Source: a virus. Taken from it: a stretch of 64,000 nt of DNA. The stretch spans positions 8,784-72,783 of IMG/VR virus record IMGVR_UViG_3300032316_001090; one strand, 5' to 3'. Of this stretch, positions 31,213-41,252 are shown in pieces. The position numbers were made by a program, and so were the translations under genes. The notes beneath the pieces were generated by a model. That model saw only the letters and a list, made by a program, of their open reading frames with translations, made no database searches and was not told where the DNA came from. Within the stretch, counting starts at the first letter, position 1. Each line of letters begins with the position of its first letter.

Positions 31213-31966
31213 ACAAGGTTACTTAATTGTTGCTGTCAACAGCGACACAGTTGACTATCAAGACTGTGCCCGTGCCCTGGCCAAGACCATACGTTACTGG
31301 GATCCGTCAGCACGTATTTGTCTGGTCACAGACAGCCCTTACACTGACCCCATATATGATCACCACAGACAACTTGTGCCACAGGCCAATCCCTATGCCA
31401 ATGATGCACAACTGTTCCGACTCACACCATTTCGTGAAACCATCAAACTGGAAGCAGACATGTTTGTTGTATCACCTATCTCTCATTGGTGGGATCAGTT
31501 TAGACACCGTGATGTTGTAGTATCCACAGGCTGTAGAGACTGGCAGGATCGTGAGAGCACAGCAAGACACTATCGTCGCGTTTTTGATGCCAACAACTTG
31601 CCTGATGTGTACAATGCCATCACATATTGGCGTCGCAGTGAAACTGCCAAGGAATTTTTTGGCTGGATACGAGACATATTTGACAATTGGGCAGAGTTCA
31701 AAAAACTCATCAAGTTTCCTGATGAGACGCCATCAACTGACCTGGTGTATGCCATGGCAGCAGAGATCATGGGTCGGGATCGTGTGACCATGCCATTCAG
31801 CACATATCCAAAGATAGTGCATATGAAACGACACACAGCAGGCACTGCCACGGAAGCCTGGACCAAGGAACTGGTTTGGGAATATCAGGATTGTCGCTTG
31901 CGAATACAAACAGTAGCACAGACAGGTGCGTTTCATTACAATGTCAAACAGTGGCGGGCTCAATGA
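31205..31966 (+). CDS. glycosyltransferase, GT-A fold (GT8-like), paralog 2
   Basis: YLIVAVNSDTVDYQDCARALAKTIRYWDPSARICLVTDS parallels the previous protein; LEADMFVV DXD-like. Confidence 0.45.
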   Translation: MDEQGYLIVAVNSDTVDYQDCARALAKTIRYWDPSARICLVTDSPYTDPIYDHHRQLVPQANPYANDAQLFRLTPFRETIKLEADMFVVSPISHWWDQFRHRDVVVSTGCRDWQDRESTARHYRRVFDANNLPDVYNAITYWRRSETAKEFFGWIRDIFDNWAEFKKLIKFPDETPSTDLVYAMAAEIMGRDRVTMPFSTYPKIVHMKRHTAGTATEAWTKELVWEYQDCRLRIQTVAQTGAFHYNVKQWRAQ

Positions 31967-32355
31967 AAAAAGTGTTTGTCAACGGCACATTTGATATATT
32001 ACATGTGGGACACATTGCCTTGCTTGACTATGCAAAGAGCCTGGGTGACAAGTTGGTTGTAGCAATTGACAGTGATGCTAGAGTTAGATTGCTAAAAGGA
32101 TCCCATAGACCTATAAATTCTCAAAATGAACGAGGCACACTACTCAGCGCACTCAAAAGCGTAGATGAAGTGTTTGTATTTGACACAGACGATGAATTAA
32201 GAAGCCTCATTCAAGCGTGTGATGTCATGGTAAAAGGTTCAGACTACAAACACAAACCCATAGTTGGTCAAGAGGTATGCAAAGAAATAGTTTTTTTTGA
32301 AAGATTAAATGGATACAGCACAACAAACAAAATACAAGATATTGTTAATCGGTGA
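31963..32355 (+). CDS. heptose-1-phosphate nucleotidyltransferase, HldE domain II / HldC-like (cytidylyltransferase fold)
   Basis: KVFVNGTFDILHVGHIALLDYAKSLGDKLVVAIDSDARVRLLKGSHRPIN...VKGSDYK...STTNKI aligns along its length with the HldE adenylyltransferase domain (VFTNGCFDILHAGHVSYL...LIVAVNSDAS...GDSRPVN...VKGGDY...STTNII); ATG overlaps the upstream stop (ATGA). Confidence 0.75.
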   Translation: MKKVFVNGTFDILHVGHIALLDYAKSLGDKLVVAIDSDARVRLLKGSHRPINSQNERGTLLSALKSVDEVFVFDTDDELRSLIQACDVMVKGSDYKHKPIVGQEVCKEIVFFERLNGYSTTNKIQDIVNR

Positions 32356-33070
32356 TGACTGCAATGACGTTTACACATATGGCTATGTGAAACGCATCAG
32401 TCCCGAAGCACCGGTTCCAGTATTTGAACCACACTATACCATTCGCCGGGATGGTATGGCAGGCAATGTAAAAAATAATCTAGAAGCATTGGGATGTGTG
32501 GTTGATTTCATAAGAGACAAAGACAGAGTCAGTGAGAAAAACAGACTGATCGACGAGCGTACCAAACAACAATTACTGCGTGTGGATCGAGATGTTGAAG
32601 GCAACCCCATCACTTTTGAAACAGCAATACCTCCGGTGTACGATGCCATTGTGATCAGCGACTACAACAAAGGCACAGTGACTTACGAACTCATAGAAGA
32701 ACTGATTCGAGAAATCAACATACCCATCTTTGTTGACACAAAGAAAACAGACCTAGCAAGACTCTCAGGATGTTATGTCAAGATCAATGCACTGGAAAAA
32801 AGTCGTGCAACCAGTTTGCCTGACCCAGCGCATTTGATTGTCACACACGGTGACAATGGTGCTGAATGGAATGGCTGGGTATTTCCTGCTGAAATTGTGG
32901 GCGACGTCACTGACGTATGTGGTGCAGGTGATACATTCTTGGCAGCTCTTGCGTACAAATTCCTAGAGACCAAAGACATGAGACAAGCAGTTATATTTGC
33001 AAACAAGGCCGCATCAATAACAGTGCAACACATAGGCGTGTACGCACCAAGACTGGACAAAATCAAATGA
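32309..33070 (+). CDS. sugar (heptose-7-phosphate) kinase, HldE domain I / HldA-like, pfkB family
   Basis: KILLIGDDCNDVYTYGYVKRISPEAPVPV matches the HldE kinase N-terminus (ILVVGDVMLDRYWYG...RISPEAPVPV); C-terminal GAGDTFLAALAY is the pfkB signature. Confidence 0.75.
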   Translation: MDTAQQTKYKILLIGDDCNDVYTYGYVKRISPEAPVPVFEPHYTIRRDGMAGNVKNNLEALGCVVDFIRDKDRVSEKNRLIDERTKQQLLRVDRDVEGNPITFETAIPPVYDAIVISDYNKGTVTYELIEELIREINIPIFVDTKKTDLARLSGCYVKINALEKSRATSLPDPAHLIVTHGDNGAEWNGWVFPAEIVGDVTDVCGAGDTFLAALAYKFLETKDMRQAVIFANKAASITVQHIGVYAPRLDKIK

Positions 33071-33426
33071 CAAGACTAACAGGCAGAGTAGAAAAAGGTT
33101 GGGGTTCAGAAGAAATTTGGGTATCCAATGATCGTTACTGTAGCAAGTTCATGCACTTTAATACAGGTGCAAAATTCAGTATGCATTTTCACCGTGAGAA
33201 GGAAGAGACTTGGCGTATCATGTCAGGCAAGTTTTTGGTCAAACATATTCAAACTGTCAATGCACAGGTGTTTGAAAAGATTGCAGAAGCCGGAGCAGTG
33301 TTTCACAACGCACCTTTGCATCCGCATCAAGTCATCTGCATAGAAGCAGGCACAATATTGGAAGTCAGTACAGCAGATTCGGTAGAAGACAACTATCGTG
33401 TGTTACCCGGAGACAGTCAAAAATGA
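33067..33426 (+). CDS. cupin-fold sugar(-phosphate/nucleotide-sugar) isomerase-like protein, 119 aa
   Basis: KGWGSEEIW ... SMHFHREKEETWRIMSGKFLV resembles the type II phosphomannose-isomerase / FdtA-WxcM cupin motifs; ATGA overlap with the kinase gene. Confidence 0.5.
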   Translation: MTRLTGRVEKGWGSEEIWVSNDRYCSKFMHFNTGAKFSMHFHREKEETWRIMSGKFLVKHIQTVNAQVFEKIAEAGAVFHNAPLHPHQVICIEAGTILEVSTADSVEDNYRVLPGDSQK

Positions 33427-33740
33427 AATACATGGTTGATATCGACGGCACAATATGTAACAACACTTACGGTGATTATCACAGTGCTGTTCCGTTTGTG
33501 GATAGAATTGAACATTTTAATAAATTGTTTGATGCAGGGCATGAAATACATTACTGGACAGCCAGGGGAGGCAACACCGGAATTGACTGGACCATTCTGA
33601 CCGCACAGCAATTTGCCAACTGGCAAGTAAAGTATACAAGTTTGCGAATGCACAAACCAACTTATGATATCTGGATTGATGACAAAGCAATCAATGTAGA
33701 AAATTATTTTGTAGAGAACGCAGACAAAAATGACGCCTGA
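33423..33740 (+). CDS. minimal HAD-superfamily phosphatase (GmhB-like candidate), 105 aa
   Basis: HAD motif I DIDGT (aa 6-10), motif II YWTAR, motif III K (MHKP), motif IV WIDDKA; sits between the kinase and downstream GT genes. Confidence 0.5.
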   Translation: MKYMVDIDGTICNNTYGDYHSAVPFVDRIEHFNKLFDAGHEIHYWTARGGNTGIDWTILTAQQFANWQVKYTSLRMHKPTYDIWIDDKAINVENYFVENADKNDA

Positions 33741-34065
33741 ACAACTGCAACAACTATTCCAGGCCACGCCCGAACCACCACCGCTATTTTATCGATTGTA
33801 CTATGATGATCAGGGACGTCCATTATTCTACAGCATGGAAGATTGCCCTGGTACATACATTGAGATTGACCAGGAAACTTTTGCTCGCAGTGCCTCCAAC
33901 GTGCGTGTGCGTGATGGTCAGTTGGTAGAAATAACGTGGGCAACCACAACAAAATTGGTCCCTGGCAACTGTGGCACACCTTGTCATCCTGACAATGTTG
34001 CTGTCGTTGTTGCCGAGAATCAACCTCATACTTGCTGGAGCAAACAAACATATGAATCAAATTGA
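33730..34065 (+). CDS. hypothetical protein, 111 aa
   Basis: ORF with ATGA-type overlap at both ends. Confidence 0.4.
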   Translation: MTPEQLQQLFQATPEPPPLFYRLYYDDQGRPLFYSMEDCPGTYIEIDQETFARSASNVRVRDGQLVEITWATTTKLVPGNCGTPCHPDNVAVVVAENQPHTCWSKQTYESN

Positions 34066-34978
34066 CATTGCAGACTTGGACTGTGTATACTTGAGTTACG
34101 ACGAACCTGAAAAAGAGGAGTTTTGGGTAAAAATTAAAAACATGATACCTTGGGCCACTCGAGTAGATGGCGTCAAAGGGTCAGACGCTGCACACAAAGC
34201 CGCAGCCGCAGCCAGCACCACTGAACGCTTTGTATTGATCGACGGTGACAACATTCCTGATGTAGCCTTCTTCAACCAAACATTGACATTTGCCACACCC
34301 GACTGGGAACAGGCAGTGTTTCGTTGGCGTGCTCATAATCACATCAATGGATTGATGTATGGCAATGGTGGATTGAGTTCATGGACACGTGAGTTTGTTA
34401 ACAACATGCAAACGCATGAAGCCACAGATGGGCGTGTGGAAACTGAAGTAGAATTTTGTTTTGATCCCTTGTACTGGCCCATGTACGATTGTTACTCAAC
34501 CACATACCCCAATGGCTCTCCTTTTCAAGCATGGCGTGCTGGATTCCGTGAAGGTGTCAAAATGTGCTTGAGCCGAGGCGCAAAACCCACTGTGGAACAG
34601 TTTCAACAACAGGTACATCAACGCAATTTGGATCATTTGACCATTTGGCACAACATCGGTGCAGATGTTAACAATGGACAGTGGGCCATGGCCGGCGCCA
34701 GACAGGGCACATACATGACCATGCTCACAAACTGGGATCATAGACAGGTACAAGACTTTGACGCTCTGTCTGAAATTTGGGACACTGTAAAAAATTCTGA
34801 CCCAAGATTGTTGGGCGGGCGTGTGGCGGATGATCTGCATTCACAATTGGACTTGCCCATGGCCATATTTGAAGGTGAGCAGAGTCGTTTCTTCAAACAA
34901 CATTATCGTTCAAACTGGTCAAATCGTGGCATCATGGTCAGAGAGATTGACGTTATTAGACAACAAGAAGGTTGGTGA
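34052..34978 (+). CDS. glycosyltransferase-like protein (GT-A, DXD), 308 aa
   Basis: VYLSYDEPEKEEFW ... RFVLIDGDNIPD (DGD as the DXD motif); start taken at MNQIDIADLD. Confidence 0.4.
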   Translation: MNQIDIADLDCVYLSYDEPEKEEFWVKIKNMIPWATRVDGVKGSDAAHKAAAAASTTERFVLIDGDNIPDVAFFNQTLTFATPDWEQAVFRWRAHNHINGLMYGNGGLSSWTREFVNNMQTHEATDGRVETEVEFCFDPLYWPMYDCYSTTYPNGSPFQAWRAGFREGVKMCLSRGAKPTVEQFQQQVHQRNLDHLTIWHNIGADVNNGQWAMAGARQGTYMTMLTNWDHRQVQDFDALSEIWDTVKNSDPRLLGGRVADDLHSQLDLPMAIFEGEQSRFFKQHYRSNWSNRGIMVREIDVIRQQEGW

Positions 34979-36378
34979 TGAACAAAGGTGATGAGTCAAT
35001 AGGAACCAAGAGCAAGTTTTTGAATTCTGCTGAGCAGATGAAGGAACAACTAGGTCCTGCACTTTGTTTGGCCAAGTGGAAACAAGTCAGTTTGCACTTG
35101 CCCACCGGGCTGAATAACAGTTGTTATCATCCTCCACTACACAAAATACCTGTAGAAAACTTAGCCGCTGATCCTGGATCCTTGCACAACACACCGCACA
35201 AAAAAGCGCAACGTGTGATGATGTTGCAGAACGAAAAGCCCGCAGAATGTCAGTACTGCTGGAACATGGAAGCGGAAAACAAGCTGAGTGATCGTCACTA
35301 TAGATCTGGCGAGCCCTGGGCGGCTGTGGACTTTGAATCAATAAAGAATAGCACAGGAGAAGAAAATGACGTTATCCCTAGCTACGTTGAGGTTAATTTT
35401 AATAATGTGTGTAATCTCATGTGCAGTTATTGCAGTCCGCAATTCTCTAGCAGCTGGCAACAAGAAGTGGACCGATTGGGTGGCTACCCTACTGCTAGGG
35501 TTCACAATGATCCTGGGCATTTTGGTGGAGATCGCAGGGTTATACCGGTTAGAGAGCATAACCCTTATGTAGAAGCCTTTTGGCAGTGGTGGCCTACCTT
35601 GTACCCACACCTAGAACATTTTAGAATGACTGGTGGTGAGCCACTGTTAGACAAGAATACCTATCGTGTGTTTGATTATGTGTTGAAGAACCCCAGTCCC
35701 AAACTGCATTTGAATGTCACCAGTAACTTCAGTGTAGATGAAAAGTCATGGCAAAAGTACTTGGCGTATGTAAAACAAATCTGTGATGGTCGCATTGAGC
35801 ATTTCATGCAGTATGTGAGCTTGGACGGCTGGGGATCTCAAGCAGAATACATGCGACATGGTCTGGATTTTAACTTGTTGTGGGATCGAGTAAATCAATT
35901 CTTAACTGAAGTGCCCAACCACTCGAGCCTTACATTTATCATCACAATGAACAATCTCAGTGTGACCAGTTTGGACAAGTTATTTGCTGGCATATTGGGC
36001 CTGCGAAAAGTCTACAGTCATACCTATCAACGTGTGTGGTTTGACACCCCTGTATTACGAGAACCTGCCTGGCAAAGCCTGCAGATCTTGCCTGAAAGTT
36101 ATGCAGAAAAATTAGAATGGTTGTGGGCATGGATGATGCGTCAGATTGAAACAGAGGCAGAACCATTCAAAGGATTCAAAGACTATGAACTGCACAGACT
36201 GGATCGTGACATTGCCTGGATGCGATCAGCACAATTAGAAAATCACTCTCAAGCCAAGGCCGACTTCTATCGTTTTTTCAATGAACATGACCGCCGGCGC
36301 GGTACGGACTTTTTGAAGACATTTCCAGAAATGAAAACCTGGTGGGAGGAGTGTGCATACCATGCTAGGCAATCGTAA
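34978..36378 (+). CDS. radical SAM enzyme, subfamily A (N-terminal Cys4 domain + CX3CX2C)
   Basis: CNLMCSYC at nt 35410-35433; GGEPLL glycine-rich SAM motif; N-terminal C-x18-C-x41-C-x2-C; tgATG overlap with the upstream gene. Confidence 0.7.
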   Translation: MNKGDESIGTKSKFLNSAEQMKEQLGPALCLAKWKQVSLHLPTGLNNSCYHPPLHKIPVENLAADPGSLHNTPHKKAQRVMMLQNEKPAECQYCWNMEAENKLSDRHYRSGEPWAAVDFESIKNSTGEENDVIPSYVEVNFNNVCNLMCSYCSPQFSSSWQQEVDRLGGYPTARVHNDPGHFGGDRRVIPVREHNPYVEAFWQWWPTLYPHLEHFRMTGGEPLLDKNTYRVFDYVLKNPSPKLHLNVTSNFSVDEKSWQKYLAYVKQICDGRIEHFMQYVSLDGWGSQAEYMRHGLDFNLLWDRVNQFLTEVPNHSSLTFIITMNNLSVTSLDKLFAGILGLRKVYSHTYQRVWFDTPVLREPAWQSLQILPESYAEKLEWLWAWMMRQIETEAEPFKGFKDYELHRLDRDIAWMRSAQLENHSQAKADFYRFFNEHDRRRGTDFLKTFPEMKTWWEECAYHARQS

Positions 36379-37468
36379 AATCATTGTGGATGAATGGGCG
36401 GAAGTATGGGACCTGCTGAAATCTTATGCTGATGAGAGTTTTTGGCAATGGCCTGCGGAACCAGACTCTGACGCTGTTTACATTGTGGGCAGAGTTGTGC
36501 TCAAAGAAAACTGGGTGGCCATAACTGAATGGGCTGACAAATACCCAGGGCACATTGTATTCTCTAATCCTGCTGAAGGCAGTGAAACTATACTGTTACA
36601 ACTGCGTAGATTGGTAATAACAGAACATGTGCGTGATGGGCGTATTGGATTATTGACATCTGGCAGTATGGAACCAGGATGGAATTACTGCAAAACAGAC
36701 TGTTACTTTGCCAACATTGTGGAGTACCTGGAAAACTTACGTGCGCACGAGTCTTATCCACAAGTGTATCACAAACTTAACAAACCCTACAACTTCTTGT
36801 TTTTAAACGGACGACTACGTCCACATCGCAAGTACTTGATAGATACATTTCGATCACGTGGATTGCTGGATCGTGCTTTATGGACCAACCTACAAAGTAC
36901 TGTAGACATGACATGGTCAAGCCAATTAGAAACCAACAAACTTGAGCAGATAAGACTGTTGCCACCAGAATACGAAATTGATCGTGCTCGCCCAAATTTG
37001 ACGCCAGCTATGTTGGACGCAGGATTTGCCAAACATCAACTGTTTAACAACACCTGGGGAGATGCCGAAGTCAATCCTGCTGCCTACATTGACACTTACT
37101 TCAGTGTGGTTACAGAAACCATTTATGACTACCCGTACACATTCCGCACAGAAAAGATCTGGAAACCAATGATCATGTGTCATCCATTTGTGGCAGCAGC
37201 CAACCGTGGGTATTATAGAGACTTACACTCAGCAGGATTCCAAACATTTGGGCACTTGATTGACGAAACATTTGACCAGATTGATGACCCACGAGATCGT
37301 GCTGACAGAATAGTTGACGTTGTTGCTGATATATGTTATAATGGTGCTGCCAGTTTCTTGGAGTCAGCTAGATCGGTTTGTAAATACAACTATCAACAAC
37401 TTCGCGAACACAATCGTCGCGAACGTGCAGAACTTCCTGAACGACTGGCCCAATACATAAATGAATGA
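36353..37468 (+). CDS. glycosyltransferase, fucosyltransferase-like TEK-motif family (GT10/GT11-like), paralog 1
   Basis: TFRTEKIWKPMIMCHPFVAAANRGY resembles the alpha1,3-fucosyltransferase motif (YVTEKFW..A....VPVV.G); paralogous to 46926..48116 and 48100..49191. Confidence 0.45.
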   Translation: MHTMLGNRKIIVDEWAEVWDLLKSYADESFWQWPAEPDSDAVYIVGRVVLKENWVAITEWADKYPGHIVFSNPAEGSETILLQLRRLVITEHVRDGRIGLLTSGSMEPGWNYCKTDCYFANIVEYLENLRAHESYPQVYHKLNKPYNFLFLNGRLRPHRKYLIDTFRSRGLLDRALWTNLQSTVDMTWSSQLETNKLEQIRLLPPEYEIDRARPNLTPAMLDAGFAKHQLFNNTWGDAEVNPAAYIDTYFSVVTETIYDYPYTFRTEKIWKPMIMCHPFVAAANRGYYRDLHSAGFQTFGHLIDETFDQIDDPRDRADRIVDVVADICYNGAASFLESARSVCKYNYQQLREHNRRERAELPERLAQYINE

Positions 37469-38810
37469 TTTAGAATTTAAACAACAGGTGTTGGACTCTG
37501 TGTCCCCAAGTTTTTGTGCAGCGAAATGGTACAATGCTACCATTTGGTTAGGAAGTGGGCAGACCACAAGTTGTCATCACCCGCCAGCTCATTTGATTGA
37601 CATTGATAAAGTCAATAACAACTCTAGGCTGCTGCACAATACTGATCAAAAGAAAGCGGACCGACGCAAGATGTTGGCTGGAGAGCGTCCTGCAGGCTGT
37701 GAATACTGCTGGAAGATTGAAGATATGGACACCAATGCTGTGAGTGACCGTGTGTACAAATCAAAAATTTATCCCATAAAGGCCTTGCATGAAGCAGTCA
37801 ACACCCCCATCCAAGATGATGTCAATCTTAGAACACTGGAAATCAGTTTCGATCGCACCTGTCAATTTGCTTGTTCTTATTGCAATCCTGCTTTCAGTAG
37901 CACTTGGGTTAACGATATACGAAAACATGGACCCTATAACGGGCTGGTCAGCGATGGCAGGAACCATTTTACTCATACTCATGATAGCAGTCAACTTTAT
38001 AAATTCGGTGAAACTAATCCTTACGTGGAAGCCTTCTTTGACTGGTGGGAAAGAGACCTCCACAGAACACTGCAAGAACTCCGAATAACCGGCGGCGAGC
38101 CCTTGATGTCAGGCTATACCTGGAAACTGATAGAGTGGTTCAAAACCAATCAAGGACGTAGTACAACCCGATTGGCTATCAATTCAAACTTGGGCATTGA
38201 CTTGGACAAGATCAAAGAATTTGCTGTGGCAATAGCCACATTGCCCAAGGTAGATCTATATACTTCAATGGAAGCCACCTGGGCGCAGGCTGAATACATT
38301 CGTGACGGGCTAGATTACAATCAATGGCTCGACAATGTGTTGTTTTTGTTACAAGGTCAATTTGTTAGTGCTGTGCATGTGATGTGTACCGTCAATGCCT
38401 TGTGTCTGGACAGTCTTGTGGACCATCTCAATCTGATGTTGAGTTTAAAGCAACGTTATGGTCGCGATCAAGTTAACTTTACATTGAACATCTTGCGCTT
38501 TCCTAGTTTTCAAAGTGCGTTGGTATTGCCGGATGACATTCGAAATCGTTATTGTTTGCAGTTGAAAGCATGGTTGTTCCACAATCGTGAAAACCCTTGC
38601 TTGCATGAACACGAAATAAATCATGTACAACGCCTGATTGATTACCTGGACATAGTAAAAACTCCGCACTCAGAAGCATTTGAATTATCCAAACTATTAA
38701 ATGACTTCCGGCAGTTTTACACACAATACGATCAGCGTAGATCAAAAGATTTTAGCACAGCATTTCCCAATTTGAAAGAATGGTATGACAGCTTACAAAT
38801 ACAACAGTAG
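37461..38810 (+). CDS. radical SAM enzyme, subfamily A (paralog of 34978..36378)
   Basis: CQFACSYCNPAFSSTW (CX3CX2C); ITGGEPLM; same N-terminal C-x18-C-x41-C-x2-C spacing as 34978..36378. Confidence 0.7.
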   Translation: MNDLEFKQQVLDSVSPSFCAAKWYNATIWLGSGQTTSCHHPPAHLIDIDKVNNNSRLLHNTDQKKADRRKMLAGERPAGCEYCWKIEDMDTNAVSDRVYKSKIYPIKALHEAVNTPIQDDVNLRTLEISFDRTCQFACSYCNPAFSSTWVNDIRKHGPYNGLVSDGRNHFTHTHDSSQLYKFGETNPYVEAFFDWWERDLHRTLQELRITGGEPLMSGYTWKLIEWFKTNQGRSTTRLAINSNLGIDLDKIKEFAVAIATLPKVDLYTSMEATWAQAEYIRDGLDYNQWLDNVLFLLQGQFVSAVHVMCTVNALCLDSLVDHLNLMLSLKQRYGRDQVNFTLNILRFPSFQSALVLPDDIRNRYCLQLKAWLFHNRENPCLHEHEINHVQRLIDYLDIVKTPHSEAFELSKLLNDFRQFYTQYDQRRSKDFSTAFPNLKEWYDSLQIQQ

Positions 38811-40047
38811 TGATCTAGTAAGACCCACGGAATTAACCGAACGTGAAGAATTCTTATTGAAAGATTCAAAGACATTCTGCATATATCCCTGGATTCATCT
38901 ACATGCTTACCCCACAGGCGAAGCATACCCTTGTTGTCATGCTGAAATGAAGCCAGGTGTGGTGGGCAACTGTAGAACAAATACACTAGAAGAAATATGG
39001 CAGGATGCACCCATGCAGAAGCTACGTGCAGATATGTTGAGCGAAACACCACATGCTGCCTGTACACGTTGCTATGAGCAGGAAGAATCTGGATTCTTCT
39101 CAGGTCGTCGGTCAGCTAACAAACATCATGGGCATCATATTAAAAAGCTAGAAAAGAACCCATTTGAAATGACTTATTGGGACATTCGTTTCTCAAACCT
39201 ATGCAATTTGAAGTGTCGTTCATGCGGGCATATCTTCAGCAGCCAATGGTATCAGGATCAAGCCAAGCTGGCTGGAGGCGACTGGAAAGAACGCAACACT
39301 GTGTTAAACTATGCAGGGCGCACAGAAACAGACATGTGGACACAACTAGAGCCGCACTTGGATTATGTAGAGCAGATATACTTTGCCGGCGGCGAACCAT
39401 TGTTGATGGAAGAACACTACAATATTTTAGAAGAGCTTGTGAAACGTGGACGGTTTGATGTTAGATTAATATACAACACAAACTTCACGCACACAGACTT
39501 AAAAGGTCGCTCAGTTTTTGAATACTGGAAACAATTCAAAAGTGTGGCAGTGGGTGCCAGTTTGGATGCCATGGGCCGTCCTGCAGAGTATATTAGAAAA
39601 GGCACTACCTGGGCCGACGTGGTAAAGAATCGTCATGACATGATACGCACCTGCCCCCAGGTGGACTTTTATATTTCGCCCACACTCAGCATAATGAATG
39701 CTTGGCACCTGCCAGACTTTCACAGAGAATGGGTGGCCCATGGATTGATTCGCGCTCAGGATCTAAATGTAAATATTCTTCAAGACCCAGCCTATTTCAG
39801 AATAGATATTGCTCCTGCTGACTACAAACAACGACTAGAAGCCAAGTACCGTAAACATCTTGACTGGATCAGTGATAGAGATCCGCTACAACGTGCCACA
39901 CAGGGCTTTGAAAGTGCTATAACGTTTATGAATGCCACAGACAACACCAATCTCATTGATACATTCTGGCGTAAAACACATGAGTTAGATGCCATACGAA
40001 ATGAAAACATCCTGGATGTACTGCCAGAACTAAAGGCTTTAAAATGA
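38785..40047 (+). CDS. radical SAM enzyme, subfamily B
   Basis: CNLKCRSCGHIFSSQW (CX3CX2C); AGGEPLLM; N-terminal C-x17-CC...C-x2-C. Confidence 0.7.
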   Translation: MTAYKYNSSDLVRPTELTEREEFLLKDSKTFCIYPWIHLHAYPTGEAYPCCHAEMKPGVVGNCRTNTLEEIWQDAPMQKLRADMLSETPHAACTRCYEQEESGFFSGRRSANKHHGHHIKKLEKNPFEMTYWDIRFSNLCNLKCRSCGHIFSSQWYQDQAKLAGGDWKERNTVLNYAGRTETDMWTQLEPHLDYVEQIYFAGGEPLLMEEHYNILEELVKRGRFDVRLIYNTNFTHTDLKGRSVFEYWKQFKSVAVGASLDAMGRPAEYIRKGTTWADVVKNRHDMIRTCPQVDFYISPTLSIMNAWHLPDFHREWVAHGLIRAQDLNVNILQDPAYFRIDIAPADYKQRLEAKYRKHLDWISDRDPLQRATQGFESAITFMNATDNTNLIDTFWRKTHELDAIRNENILDVLPELKALK

Positions 40048-41252
40048 ATGTGCCACACGATAAATTTTGCGTATTGCCCTGGGTCAGCCTAGAAGCTTCA
40101 CCCATTGGCACAGTGCGTCCTTGCTGCTTGGCCGACGACGAATTGGTAGATGATGCAGGCCACAAGTTCTCACTGTTGTCAGCTGACTTTGAAAGCATAC
40201 AAAATTCTCGTGCAATGACACAATTGCGTGAAGAGTTCTTGGCAGGTAAAAAACCGCAGACCTGTCGCAAGTGCTGGAATGAAGAACGTGCTGGCCGTAC
40301 AAGCAAACGCATGCACACCCTGGACAGAATGAAGCACATGGGCATCAGCAATGAATGGACCACCGATGCCAAGCCCCTGATGTTCCTAGATCTAAAGCTG
40401 GGCAACATCTGCAATTTAAAATGCCGCATATGCGGCTCATGGTCATCAAGTCAATTTGCCACAGAAGAACTCAATGACATGCCGCCGGATGAGGATAAAA
40501 AGAAATCGTTTCCCTATCAAATGCTGCGAGCCGGAGCCTGGCCCAGAGAAAATCAATCATTTTGGGCAGAAATTGATCAGTGTTTAAATCACATACGCTA
40601 CATTGAATTCACTGGTGGCGAACCATTCATGATTCGAGAACACTTTGCCATGTTACAAGGCATTGTGGATCGTGGTATTGCACATCAGGTAGAGATACAC
40701 TACAACACCAATGGCACACACTATCCTGCAGAAGCAGAATCAATTTGGCGGCATTTTAAAACAGTGGAAGTGGCATTCTCCATAGATGATCTGGGTGCAA
40801 GATTTGAATATCAACGAACCAATGCAGACTGGGCTGTGGTGGAAGACACAATCACAAGTTTTCAATATCTACGAGATCAAATGCCCAACTTGAGACTGCA
40901 ATGTTGTTCAACCGTGAACATATTCAATGTGCGTTACATTGACAAACTGGCCCACTGGATAGCACTGCAACGCTTTGACTTTGTGTACTGGAACATGATG
41001 CATGACGCATGGTATTTTTCCATTGCCACACTACCAGACAGTGCTAAAACGCAAATCACTGATCATTTACGTTCAGCTGACGTGCCCACACAGTATCGTG
41101 AAGAATTTGATCGTATCATTGACTTTATGAATCGTGGTGCCTCATCAGACGGATTTATGTTGCGCATGAAGATTGCAGACTTGGATCGCAAACGCAATCA
41201 AAACTTGCGCACAGTTGAACCTGAACTTGCGGACTTGATTGATTACCAATGA
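40044..41252 (+). CDS. radical SAM enzyme, subfamily B
   Basis: CNLKCRICGSWSSSQF (CX3CX2C); TGGEPFM; N-terminal C-x17-CC-x45-C-x2-C; ATGA overlap. Confidence 0.7.
   Translation: MNVPHDKFCVLPWVSLEASPIGTVRPCCLADDELVDDAGHKFSLLSADFESIQNSRAMTQLREEFLAGKKPQTCRKCWNEERAGRTSKRMHTLDRMKHMGISNEWTTDAKPLMFLDLKLGNICNLKCRICGSWSSSQFATEELNDMPPDEDKKKSFPYQMLRAGAWPRENQSFWAEIDQCLNHIRYIEFTGGEPFMIREHFAMLQGIVDRGIAHQVEIHYNTNGTHYPAEAESIWRHFKTVEVAFSIDDLGARFEYQRTNADWAVVEDTITSFQYLRDQMPNLRLQCCSTVNIFNVRYIDKLAHWIALQRFDFVYWNMMHDAWYFSIATLPDSAKTQITDHLRSADVPTQYREEFDRIIDFMNRGASSDGFMLRMKIADLDRKRNQNLRTVEPELADLIDYQ

Noticed and set aside
35366-35572. 68-aa hydrophobic ORF (+) in an alternative frame inside the first radical-SAM gene
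   Set aside because: It overlaps the conserved CX3CX2C region of the rSAM gene and is most likely a frame shadow.
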